DNA of 52,738 nucleotides, taken from positions 1-52,738 of the IMG/VR virus record IMGVR_UViG_3300029821_000006; one strand, written 5' to 3'. Of this stretch, positions 43,050 through 51,224 are shown piece after piece. The notes beneath the pieces were generated by a model. That model did no database searches. It was not told the DNA's origin and was given only the letters and a program-made list of their open reading frames with translations. Source of the stretch: a virus. Position numbers and translations under genes: made by a program. Positions within the stretch are counted from its first letter, which is position 1, and each line of letters opens with the position of its first letter.

Positions 43050-43546
43050 ATTTATCAGAGAAAGTAATTACAGAAATTGAAAAAAGAAAAACAAAGCAGT
43101 CTGATTTGGCCAGGCTCATTGGCGTCGATTCAACGGTTGTCAGCAGCATAATCAAGGGCAGAAGGGTTGGAAATCTGACGATCAGCAGATTAGTCAAAGC
43201 GCTTGGGCCTGAATATGAACAATACTACGAATACCAGGTGTGCGAGATTTGCGGTAAAAAGTTTTTGCCGAAAAATAACAGAATAAAAACCTGCTCGCCA
43301 GAATGCTCAAGGCTTAATGTCAATAAAATATGCGCCAAATGGGCAAAATCAAACCGTAGCCGGAATGTTGCCAAAGATACGGACGCCCAACGGTTTGGGT
43401 GGGGCGCTAAAGTTAAAGGGCCGGCAGTAAGCATTGCCGAGTATAACAGCGTCGCCCGGAAAGAGCATGGTAGTTACGGCCAACGTGGAGCGGCCGAACG
43501 ACTGGCTCAAAGCGGGACGATGCGGGAAAGTATGGGGATGGGATGA
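43046..43546 (+). CDS. HTH DNA-binding protein (166 aa) with CxxC...CxxC
   Basis: KQSDLARLIGVDSTVVSSIIKG; CEICGKKF...CSPEC. Confidence 0.65.
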   Translation: MNLSEKVITEIEKRKTKQSDLARLIGVDSTVVSSIIKGRRVGNLTISRLVKALGPEYEQYYEYQVCEICGKKFLPKNNRIKTCSPECSRLNVNKICAKWAKSNRSRNVAKDTDAQRFGWGAKVKGPAVSIAEYNSVARKEHGSYGQRGAAERLAQSGTMRESMGMG

Positions 43547-43647
43547 AATTGAAATGTGAAAACTGCGAGTATTATAGCGAGAGTATTTATTATTGCATTT
43601 TTAGATGTATGAAAAAAGAGGCTATAAAAACAAAACCGTCCTGTTAA
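43543..43647 (+). CDS. Tiny Cys-rich peptide (34 aa)
   Basis: ATGA overlap; MKLKCENCEYYSESIYYCIFRC. Confidence 0.3.
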   Translation: MKLKCENCEYYSESIYYCIFRCMKKEAIKTKPSC

Positions 43648-43766
43648 TTCAGGTTTCGAGGGTGACGGATGTATGCAGCATCTGAATAGACAGCCAGTCC
43701 GCAATGATGCGCCCGGATCAGGTGAAAAACAAAAGAATAAAATAGTGAGATTATAGCGTAAGCCGG

Positions 43767-44573
43767 GTGGCGCCGGCGAGCATGGGAAGCCTATCGCTAT
43801 TACCTACTCAAGTAACTGTAAATACAGTGAAAAAGTGGGTGCGGTTTTTGAAAGTAGTATGGTTCAGTGCAGGAGTAAGCAGTTTTATAGCTGCTTACCT
43901 GGCAAAAAATGTGGATAAGATTATTTATACACATATTGGCGATCAACATGAGGATTCAATGAGATTCGTCAAAGAATGTGAAAAGTTTTTAAATAAAGAA
44001 ATTGAAATAATACAAAGCAAATATAAGTCTGTTGACGAAGTGATTCGGGTCAGCGGATATGTAAAGGCTCCTTATGGTGCACCGTGTACGAATTTATTAA
44101 AGCGACGGGTAAGGAAGGGTTGGGAGAGATTAAACCCTGGACGACACACCTATATTTGGGGGCTAGACCTGACAGAACGAGATAGAGCTGAACGACTAGC
44201 TGAGAATATGCCTGAATATGATCACGAATTCCCACTGATAGCTAAAATGGTGACCAAAGAAGACGCACATGGTATTTGCGGACGGTTGGGGATTAAAAGA
44301 CCTAAAATGTACGATTTGGGCTATCGGAATAACAACTGTATCGGATGTGTCAAAGGTGGCATGGGATATTGGAATGCGATCAGGCGAGATTTTCCGGATG
44401 TTTTCAATGAAAGAGCGATTCGGGAAAGAGAAATCGGGTTTGCGATTTTAAAAGATCAGGATGGGCCGGTGTGGTTGGATGAACTCGATCCAAACCGTGG
44501 GAGATTAGAAGATGAGATTATGGAAAATTGCGGAATCATGTGTGAGATCAATTACCAGGATTCACAGAAATAA
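43767..44573 (+). CDS. PP-loop ATPase / PAPS-reductase-family protein (start uncertain)
   Basis: VVWFSAGVSSFIAAYL is an SGGxDS-type PP-loop variant; C-terminal NNCIGCVKGGMGYW. Confidence 0.7.
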   Translation: MAPASMGSLSLLPTQVTVNTVKKWVRFLKVVWFSAGVSSFIAAYLAKNVDKIIYTHIGDQHEDSMRFVKECEKFLNKEIEIIQSKYKSVDEVIRVSGYVKAPYGAPCTNLLKRRVRKGWERLNPGRHTYIWGLDLTERDRAERLAENMPEYDHEFPLIAKMVTKEDAHGICGRLGIKRPKMYDLGYRNNNCIGCVKGGMGYWNAIRRDFPDVFNERAIREREIGFAILKDQDGPVWLDELDPNRGRLEDEIMENCGIMCEINYQDSQK

Positions 44574-44588
44574 ATCTTAGGAGGAATC

Positions 44589-44735
44589 ATGAATTGTTAT
44601 AAATGCCCGGAACGAATCGGGAATATATGTAAGCCGCTGGACGTGCGGTTGGAACTGGAAAGCGTGGAGCGGAATGAGTTGGTGTTTTATGTGCCGAAGG
44701 AGTGCCAGGAGGGGAAATCATGCACGGAGATATAA
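44589..44735 (+). CDS. Small Cys-rich protein (48 aa)
   Basis: AGGAGG RBS; MNCYKCPERIGNIC... Confidence 0.4.
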   Translation: MNCYKCPERIGNICKPLDVRLELESVERNELVFYVPKECQEGKSCTEI

Positions 44736-45355
44736 AGAGAAAGCCGATTTTGTTTAATACGGCGATGGTCCAGGCGATTCTGGATGGGCGGAAGACGGTG
44801 ACGCGGCGGGCGATAAAGCCGCAACCAACGACGGTTCATGGTGGTAAAAAAGGGTGTGTTCCACTTGCTTTTTACTTTGATTGTAACCGTTGGGTTAAAC
44901 CACCATATCAAGTCGGCGATGTCCTTTGGGTGCGAGAGACATGGTGGGATCAAACAGATCGGGACGAATACGGATGCGATACCGTTGTTGGCTATACGTA
45001 CAAAGCTGATTTTAGTGAAGAGTTTGTAAAGGAACATCGATGGCGGCCATCAATCCACATGCCAAAAGAAGCCGCCAGAATCTTCCTGAAAGTTACGGAC
45101 GTTCGGGTGGAGCGGTTGCAAGATATAACAAATGATCAGGCTGATAAAGAAGGGTTTAAATCTGTTCCATGCGCTAACTGTCACGGATTAGGGTGTTCTG
45201 ATTGTGCCGGCAGTGGCATGCAAGAACCGGGGTTGGTAGATTTTATGTATATGTGGGACTCCACCATCAAGAAAAAAGACCTTGATCAGTTTGGGTGGGA
45301 TGCTAACCCATTCGCATGGGTGATTGAATTTGAGAGGTGCGAAAATGCCGTTTGA
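44720..45355 (+). CDS. ASCH/PUA-like domain protein
   Basis: ATG after AGGAGGGG; KPILFNTAMVQAILDGRKTVTRRAIKPQP...; C-terminal CANCHGLGCSDCAGSG. Confidence 0.65.
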   Translation: MHGDIKRKPILFNTAMVQAILDGRKTVTRRAIKPQPTTVHGGKKGCVPLAFYFDCNRWVKPPYQVGDVLWVRETWWDQTDRDEYGCDTVVGYTYKADFSEEFVKEHRWRPSIHMPKEAARIFLKVTDVRVERLQDITNDQADKEGFKSVPCANCHGLGCSDCAGSGMQEPGLVDFMYMWDSTIKKKDLDQFGWDANPFAWVIEFERCENAV

Positions 45356-45437
45356 AGTAATGGCTATAATCCTGGCATTTGTTACTGGTTCGGTTTGGGG
45401 ATGGTGCTGTAGGAAATATGGTGAGGGTAAGGGATGA
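45345..45437 (+). CDS. Tiny TM peptide (30 aa)
   Basis: GAGAGGTG RBS; MPFEVMAIILAFVTGSVWGWCCRKYGEGKG. Confidence 0.35.
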   Translation: MPFEVMAIILAFVTGSVWGWCCRKYGEGKG

Positions 45438-45568
45438 CTGATTTAGCACTCGGCGCATTTACACTCATCGCCATGGGATCAGTGGTCACGGCTGTGATTG
45501 CTGGGGTCGCATTAGCTGGGCTTGGTCTGGTAGAGTGGTTCAAGTATGGGAGGAGCCGGAATGAATGA
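45434..45568 (+). CDS. Tiny TM peptide (44 aa)
   Basis: ATGA coupling; MTDLALGAFTLIAMGSVVTAVIAGVALAGLGLVEWFKYGRSRNE. Confidence 0.35.
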   Translation: MTDLALGAFTLIAMGSVVTAVIAGVALAGLGLVEWFKYGRSRNE

Positions 45569-47162
45569 ATACTACCCAACGCCACACCAAATCGTAATGG
45601 GGATGTACGAAAAATTAAATAAAAACAACAGAAATATGTCGATTTTAGAACCTTCTGCAGGGAAAGGACATATCTACAATGGGATAAAACAAATTTATGA
45701 AACTGAATACCGGAATCGTTCAATTAATATCGATGCCATCGAGGTTGAAACAGAGTTCCAGCACATCTTAAAAGGCCAAGGCATTAAAGTGATCCACGAT
45801 GACTTCCTGACATTTGAGACGTTCAAAAGTTACGACTGCATTATAATGAACCCGCCGTTTTCATGCGGAGATAAGCACCTCATGAAGGCTATTGAGATCC
45901 AGCAGCGACGGGGTGGCCAGGTGATTTGCATTTTAAATGCCGAAACCATCCGTAACCCACATAGCTTCTTAAGAAAAAAGATAATCAGGACGCTTGAGGA
46001 ATATAAAGCTGAAATTGATTTTATTGAAGATGGGTTTGTCGACGCCGAAAGGAAAACAGGGGTTGAGGTTGCGCTGATTAATGTTACATTCCCAGAAATT
46101 ATCAAAACTGACACCAGTCTGATTTTGGATAAAATGAAAAAGGCCGAGAAGTACGAAGACCTGGTTAAAGATTACGCTTCTTTAATCAGCGGCGACCCAG
46201 TAATGGGCATCATTGATTCGTATGAGTATGAAATAAAAGTCGGTGTTGAGTTTATCGAGGAATATTTCAGAATTTCACCGGTTCTATTATCAGGCGACGA
46301 GATTCAGAACAAGGAGTGCTTTATCCTCCTGTCGGTCGGAAAAGAAAACGGTAGGCCAGTTTTTGAGGATGATCGGGCCACGACGATTAATAAATTTATC
46401 AAGCGGACCCGGCACAAGTATTGGAAAACAATCTTTAATTTAAAGGCGATCACCGAAATTGTGACAACTGATGCTTATTATGACCTAAACAGCAAGATTG
46501 AAGAATTTTCAGACTATGATGTGACCTTATTCAATATCCGGCAATTGCAACAGCAACTTTACCAGAACCTTGGATCAAACATTGAAGCCGGTATCGAAGC
46601 TTTTTTCGATGATGTGACCACCAAAGCCTATGATGGGAAAAATACACTTTATTATGACGCCTGGAAGACCAACAAGGCCTGGAAGATTGGGAAGAAAGCG
46701 ATTATCTGGCTGGATGCTTATGATAAATACTGGGGTCGATTTGAGCCGGATAGACAAGCTTTTGACCGGGTGATTGAGATGGAAAAGATATTGAGCTACT
46801 TGAGTAAAGGGAAAAAGACGGTTGTAAAAGACGGTGTTTATGAAGCCCTTATTAAAGCGAAAACTGAAGGGAAAACAAAAAATATCGAGTTTGAATATTT
46901 CAACCTCACATTCTACAAGAAAGGCACCTGTCATATTGAGTTTACCGATGAAAAAGCGATTGAGTTATTAAATATCTTTGTGGCGAAAAAGCGGAACTGG
47001 TTGCCGCCGGCGTATGGGAAGAAGGAATACTACAACTTAACCCCGGAGGAAAAGGAAGCGATCAACAACTTCCAAGGAGAAAAAAACTACGAGCGATGCC
47101 GAATGGATAGCGAAGTTCAGAATGTGCTGAAAGATAATGGGTTATTGAGGTTGAGTGCATGA
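45561..47162 (+). CDS. N6-adenine DNA methyltransferase (gamma-type motif order) with long C-terminal domain
   Basis: Motif I ILEPSAGKGHI and motif IV IIMNPPFSCG. ATG 45561 follows GGGAGGAG. Confidence 0.85.
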   Translation: MNEYYPTPHQIVMGMYEKLNKNNRNMSILEPSAGKGHIYNGIKQIYETEYRNRSINIDAIEVETEFQHILKGQGIKVIHDDFLTFETFKSYDCIIMNPPFSCGDKHLMKAIEIQQRRGGQVICILNAETIRNPHSFLRKKIIRTLEEYKAEIDFIEDGFVDAERKTGVEVALINVTFPEIIKTDTSLILDKMKKAEKYEDLVKDYASLISGDPVMGIIDSYEYEIKVGVEFIEEYFRISPVLLSGDEIQNKECFILLSVGKENGRPVFEDDRATTINKFIKRTRHKYWKTIFNLKAITEIVTTDAYYDLNSKIEEFSDYDVTLFNIRQLQQQLYQNLGSNIEAGIEAFFDDVTTKAYDGKNTLYYDAWKTNKAWKIGKKAIIWLDAYDKYWGRFEPDRQAFDRVIEMEKILSYLSKGKKTVVKDGVYEALIKAKTEGKTKNIEFEYFNLTFYKKGTCHIEFTDEKAIELLNIFVAKKRNWLPPAYGKKEYYNLTPEEKEAINNFQGEKNYERCRMDSEVQNVLKDNGLLRLSA

Positions 47163-47515
47163 TTTGTTTGTGGTACAAAGCTCACGTTGAAGATACTGGA
47201 TGGTCTGATTGGATCGTGGAAGAAGTAGATATGTCAGTAATAAGTGAAGCATTTGAAAAATTAGGAAACAGTATCAAAGAAGTGGCAGAAGCGGTGGCCC
47301 AAGCATGGGAAAGAGCTTCAAAAGCGCTAACCCCTACGATTGAGTTTGTGAATGAAATAGCATTCGAATACTTCAATGATTATCTTCCAGAGAAAAAGAA
47401 AATCTACCAGGCCGAATGCCGGATGAAAAGTAATCTGAAAAATTATAGATACATGCCAAATTACAGAGGCAGGATGTTTTGTGTTGGGAATAGAGGGAAT
47501 TATAGGAGGTTTTGA
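47159..47515 (+). CDS. Hypothetical protein (start uncertain: 47159 or ATG 47231)
   Basis: ORF only. The first 20 codons look like half of a ChW repeat (WYKAHVEDTGWSDW). Confidence 0.5.
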   Translation: MICLWYKAHVEDTGWSDWIVEEVDMSVISEAFEKLGNSIKEVAEAVAQAWERASKALTPTIEFVNEIAFEYFNDYLPEKKKIYQAECRMKSNLKNYRYMPNYRGRMFCVGNRGNYRRF

Positions 47516-47593
47516 GATGTGAAATGACATAAAAAAAGGGCTTTCGCCCCGGATAGAATACTCGCAAATTCATTTTATCAGAGGGGGAAGCGG

Positions 47594-48025
47594 ATGTCAA
47601 ATAAAGCGGTTTGTCGACCGAAAGATAAGCGGAAAGATGAAATACTCAGGGGATATGAGTATCAAATGGAGTTGGCTCACAGCTTGGAAAACGAGCTGGA
47701 AACATTGATCGCAGGGGCCACCAAAGTGACCAGCATTATTACAGACATGCCACGGGGAGGCGGCGGTCTGGATTCTGGCGACTGGATAGCGAAGTGGGAA
47801 CCCCTACAATTGCAAATTAAAGCTGAAATCGAAGAATCTGTCAAGGTTCGGGCTGAAATAATGAAACATTTGGACCAAGTGAAAACACCGAAATTGCGGA
47901 CGGTGTTGCAGCTAACCTATGTTGAATGCTTGAGCCAGGGCGAGATTGCGGAGAGAATGAACTACAGTGTTAAACAGGTGTACAACCTGACAAATAAAGC
48001 ACTGGGCCTGATAAAGTTGGCATGA
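47594..48025 (+). CDS. Late-gene transcriptional regulator, sigma-70 region-4-like HTH (ArpU/DUF1492-like)
   Basis: LRTVLQLTYVECLSQGEIAERMNYSVKQVYNLTNKALGLI; located upstream of the packaging genes. Confidence 0.65.
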   Translation: MSNKAVCRPKDKRKDEILRGYEYQMELAHSLENELETLIAGATKVTSIITDMPRGGGGLDSGDWIAKWEPLQLQIKAEIEESVKVRAEIMKHLDQVKTPKLRTVLQLTYVECLSQGEIAERMNYSVKQVYNLTNKALGLIKLA

Positions 48026-48181
48026 TCAAAACATTGCTGACAATTTCAAAGAAACACATGATAAAATTTATAATGCGGAGGTTCCAATTAAAGCCGCATT
48101 TAACGAATTAGTCATCCTTAAACAGAGCGTCGCTATAAACCGGCACGATGATCAGTGCGCAGGCTCAAACGGCGCTCGCAT

Positions 48182-48257
48182 TCTCACATAGCACAATTCG
48201 TAGTGCAGTTGGCTGTTAACCAAAAGGTTACAGGTTCGAGTCCTGTTGTGAGAGCCA
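48182..48257 (+). tRNA. tRNA-Asn (anticodon GTT), CCA encoded
   Basis: Manual cloverleaf: acceptor TCTCACA/TGTGAGA, D stem GCAC/GTGC, anticodon loop CTGTTAA, T arm ACAGG-TTCGAGT-CCTGT. The D loop lacks GG. Confidence 0.75.
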
Positions 48258-48258
48258 T

Positions 48259-48345
48259 GGAAATTTGCCGGAACGGTAACGGGCTTGGTTGCTAACCAAA
48301 GGCAGGGTAACACCTAAGAAGGTTCGACTCCTTCAATTTCCGCCA
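48259..48345 (+). tRNA. tRNA-Ser (anticodon GCT), long variable arm, CCA encoded
   Basis: Acceptor GGAAATT/AATTTCC, anticodon loop TTGCTAA, 17-nt variable arm, T arm GAAGG-TTCGACT-CCTTC. Confidence 0.72.
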
Positions 48346-48356
48346 TACGATTATAT

Positions 48357-48381
48357 AGGCGTCCGAAAGGGCGTCTTTTTT
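48357..48381 (+). terminator. Weak terminator-like hairpin after the tRNAs
   Basis: GCGUCC-gaaa-GGGCGU (two G-U pairs) followed by T6. Confidence 0.4.
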
Positions 48382-48407
48382 ATACCCAAAAATCAAAGGA
48401 GAGTCAA

Positions 48408-48545
48408 ATGCCAGATAACAAATGTGATAAAAAAGAATGCCAATATTGCCGAGACGGTGAGTGTTTGGACAAGCAGACTTTAAAAGACCCCGGGAAACAA
48501 ACTGGGTGCCTGATCTGTAAAGGGTGTACACATGACGACCCATAA
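48408..48545 (+). CDS. Small Cys-rich protein (45 aa)
   Basis: AAAGGAGAG RBS; MPDNKCDKKECQYCRDGEC...CLICKGC. Confidence 0.4.
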   Translation: MPDNKCDKKECQYCRDGECLDKQTLKDPGKQTGCLICKGCTHDDP

Positions 48546-48714
48546 GACGGAGGTTATGACGCTTTGTAATCGGTGCGCTGATGTTATTCAAGAGGATGAG
48601 GAGCAGACGATCATGCGATTTGATGGAAGACAGAAGATCCAAGAGCCCTGTTTTATTTGCGGACATAAAGGCTGGGACTATGAGGTTAAACCCAAGGAGG
48701 TAAACCATGGCTAG
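48532..48714 (+). CDS. Small zinc-ribbon protein (60 aa)
   Basis: LCNRCADV...CFICGHKG. Confidence 0.5.
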   Translation: MTTHKTEVMTLCNRCADVIQEDEEQTIMRFDGRQKIQEPCFICGHKGWDYEVKPKEVNHG

Positions 48715-48973
48715 TTATGCGAGAAAACCACAAACTATTGAAGCGTACCAATGGAATGGCGATGTTACCGAGAAAATGCCAACATGGTTATATGTTGCGA
48801 TTATGAATGGAGACAATCTTGTTTTTACCGGGCGGAGGTTGTTTCTAAATAACCAAGATGGGGAAGAAGCGTATCAGATCAATGATGGGGATTATATTGT
48901 CCGGGAAGGCGATGGGAGTTTATCGACCAGGCATCCAGGGGTTTTTGAGAGTGAGTGGTATTTGTTGAAGTAG
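48707..48973 (+). CDS. Hypothetical protein (88 aa)
   Basis: AAGGAGG RBS. Confidence 0.6.
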   Translation: MASYARKPQTIEAYQWNGDVTEKMPTWLYVAIMNGDNLVFTGRRLFLNNQDGEEAYQINDGDYIVREGDGSLSTRHPGVFESEWYLLK

Positions 48974-49003
48974 GAAAACTGTTTACAAAACGACGAATGA
49001 GAG

Positions 49004-49897
49004 GTGGTGAGATTGCCCAGAGCTAGAAGTCCTAACCGGGATAAGGCGTACGAATTATGGAACAACAGCGGTCAGAAGAAGCCGCTTAAAGATATTGCCA
49101 AAGAGCTCGGCGTGTCTGAATCACAGATCAGAAAGTGGAAAAATCAAGATCATTGGGGAAAAGTAACGTTACCAAACACGATTAGTAACGTTACTAATAA
49201 AAAAACAACCAAAAGCAAGAAGGACAAGACTGTTATACCGGAGGTTGAATCAGTTATTAACAATCCCGACCTAACAGATGAGCAACGGCTTTTCTGCCTG
49301 TATTACAGCAAGTCGTTTAATGCGACAAGGAGCTACCAGAAAGCGTATAGGTGCGACTATCTTACGGCAAATGCTTCCGGGCCCAGATTGTTAGTAAAAG
49401 ATAGTATAAGAGATGAAATCATGCACCTCAAACAAGAGCGTTACGTTCGGTCCTTCATAAGCGAGGAAGACGTCTTCCAGAAGTATTGGGACATCGCCTT
49501 TGCTGACATTACTGACTTTTTATCCTTTGGCCGCCGTGAAGTTCAAGTCATGGGAGCTTTTGGCCCTGTTGAGGTTGACGATGGATTTGGCAATAAAGTC
49601 CCGCTCATGAAAGAAATCAACGTCGTTGAGTTCCGGGAGTCTTCCGAAGTAGATGGATCAATCCTTGCCGAAGTTAAGCAGGGCAAAGACGGTGCCAGTA
49701 TCAAACTGGCTGATCGCATGAAAGCCCTTCAATGGTTATCGGATCATATGGACCTTGCAACGACCGAACAGCAGGCCAGAATCAATAAGATAAATACCGA
49801 AGTCGCAAAAATGTCTGATGGCGGGGAATCGTTTGAAGATGACGGTTTCATTGAAGCTTTATCTGGGAAGATCGGTGAAGTATGGGAAGACGAATAA
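49004..49897 (+). CDS. terS: Terminase small subunit
   Basis: N-terminal HTH LKDIAKELGVSESQIRKWKN plus Terminase_2-like LFCLYYSKSFNATRSYQKAY. Confidence 0.85.
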   Translation: MVRLPRARSPNRDKAYELWNNSGQKKPLKDIAKELGVSESQIRKWKNQDHWGKVTLPNTISNVTNKKTTKSKKDKTVIPEVESVINNPDLTDEQRLFCLYYSKSFNATRSYQKAYRCDYLTANASGPRLLVKDSIRDEIMHLKQERYVRSFISEEDVFQKYWDIAFADITDFLSFGRREVQVMGAFGPVEVDDGFGNKVPLMKEINVVEFRESSEVDGSILAEVKQGKDGASIKLADRMKALQWLSDHMDLATTEQQARINKINTEVAKMSDGGESFEDDGFIEALSGKIGEVWEDE

Positions 49898-51222
49898 AAC
49901 AAGCGATCTTCAAGTTTAAGGCGTTCTCGAAAAAACAAATGAAGGTCTTGACCTGGTGGATGCCAGAAAGCCCAATGCATGACAAAGAAGGCATTATAGC
50001 CGATGGAGCGATCCGGTCAGGTAAAACGCTGTCGATGTCACTGTCATTCGTGATATGGGCCATGACGTCATTTAACAACCAAAACTTTGGGATGTGCGGA
50101 AAGACCATTGGTTCATTCCGGAGAAATGTTTTGTTCTGGCTGAAATTAATGCTCAAGTCCAGGGGCTATAAAGTCCAGGATCATCGGGCCGACAACTTGG
50201 TGACGATATCCCGCGGGGGCGTAACGAATTACTTTTACGTGTTCGGCGGGAAAGATGAACGATCGCAGGATCTCATCCAGGGGATCACCTTGGCCGGGAT
50301 CTTCTTTGATGAAGTGGCGTTAATGCCTGAATCATTCGTGAATCAAGCAACCGGTCGTTGTTCGGTTGAAGGTTCGAAGTTCTGGTTCAACTGTAATCCG
50401 AGCAATCCACAGCATTGGTTTAAGATCAATTGGATCGATAAGAAAGATGAAAAGCAGTACCTATATCTCCACTTCACCATGGATGATAATCTTAGCCTAA
50501 CTGAAAAGATAAAAGCCAGATACCGCTCAATGTACAGCGGTGTTTTTTATGAACGGTTTATACTGGGTCTCTGGAAAGCAGCTGAGGGTATTATATATCG
50601 GCAATTCGCCGACAACCCAAGTAAGTACATCATTGAACTGACCGACGAATTAAAAGAGCAATTAAGGCGTGATCTTGAGTTTATATCAATTGGCATGGAC
50701 TTTGGGGGGAATCGGTCCCTGACAACGTTCGTGGCCACTGGTTTTACTCATAGCTTTAGAATGGTCTATGTTCTGGCTGATCATGCGATAGAAGGCCAAA
50801 AGGGCGATATTGATAGTGATCTGGTCAATCAGGAATTTATTACGTTTTACCGGGAATTAGAGCAGCTTTTCCCAGGCGTCCCAATCCGATATTGTTTTGC
50901 TGATAATGAGGCTCAGTATTTGATTAATGGATTGTATAAGGCGTGTAAGAATGCAGGGCTGTCGATTAAGATCGGAGACAGTGCCAAGATCAGGATTGTT
51001 GAGCGGATCCGATGTTGTAACACGCTATTAAACCGGGAACGTATTAAGATATTAAGTTGTTGCACAGCTTTGATAGGTGGCCTGTCATCGGCGGTCTGGG
51101 ACAAGAAAGCCAGCGATGCCGGCAAAGACGTGCGGTTGGATAACTTTAGTACAGATATAGATATCTTGGACGCTTTTGAGTATTCATTTGAGCAGTTTAT
51201 TAATAAGTTGATTGGAGGTTAA
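49882..51222 (+). CDS. terL: Terminase large subunit (PBSX-type)
   Basis: Walker A GAIRSGKT, Walker B GIFFDEV; 446 aa. Overlaps the end of terS. Confidence 0.9.
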   Translation: MGRRIKQAIFKFKAFSKKQMKVLTWWMPESPMHDKEGIIADGAIRSGKTLSMSLSFVIWAMTSFNNQNFGMCGKTIGSFRRNVLFWLKLMLKSRGYKVQDHRADNLVTISRGGVTNYFYVFGGKDERSQDLIQGITLAGIFFDEVALMPESFVNQATGRCSVEGSKFWFNCNPSNPQHWFKINWIDKKDEKQYLYLHFTMDDNLSLTEKIKARYRSMYSGVFYERFILGLWKAAEGIIYRQFADNPSKYIIELTDELKEQLRRDLEFISIGMDFGGNRSLTTFVATGFTHSFRMVYVLADHAIEGQKGDIDSDLVNQEFITFYRELEQLFPGVPIRYCFADNEAQYLINGLYKACKNAGLSIKIGDSAKIRIVERIRCCNTLLNRERIKILSCCTALIGGLSSAVWDKKASDAGKDVRLDNFSTDIDILDAFEYSFEQFINKLIGG

Positions 51223-51224
51223 CC

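Noticed and set aside
45382-45723. 113-aa minus-strand ORF across the methyltransferase start
   Set aside because: It is antisense to the coupled TM-peptide and methyltransferase frames. It has no start context, and the Ser/Pro-rich translation is not protein-like.
48080-48181. Possible third tRNA upstream of tRNA-Asn
   Set aside because: No acceptor stem or T-loop (GTTCRANYC) combination could be folded; only a GCGC hairpin is present.
48292-48708. 138-aa minus-strand ORF overlapping tRNA-Ser and the small plus-strand ORFs
   Set aside because: It runs through a tRNA gene and a terminator, against the direction of the late operon, and has no RBS.
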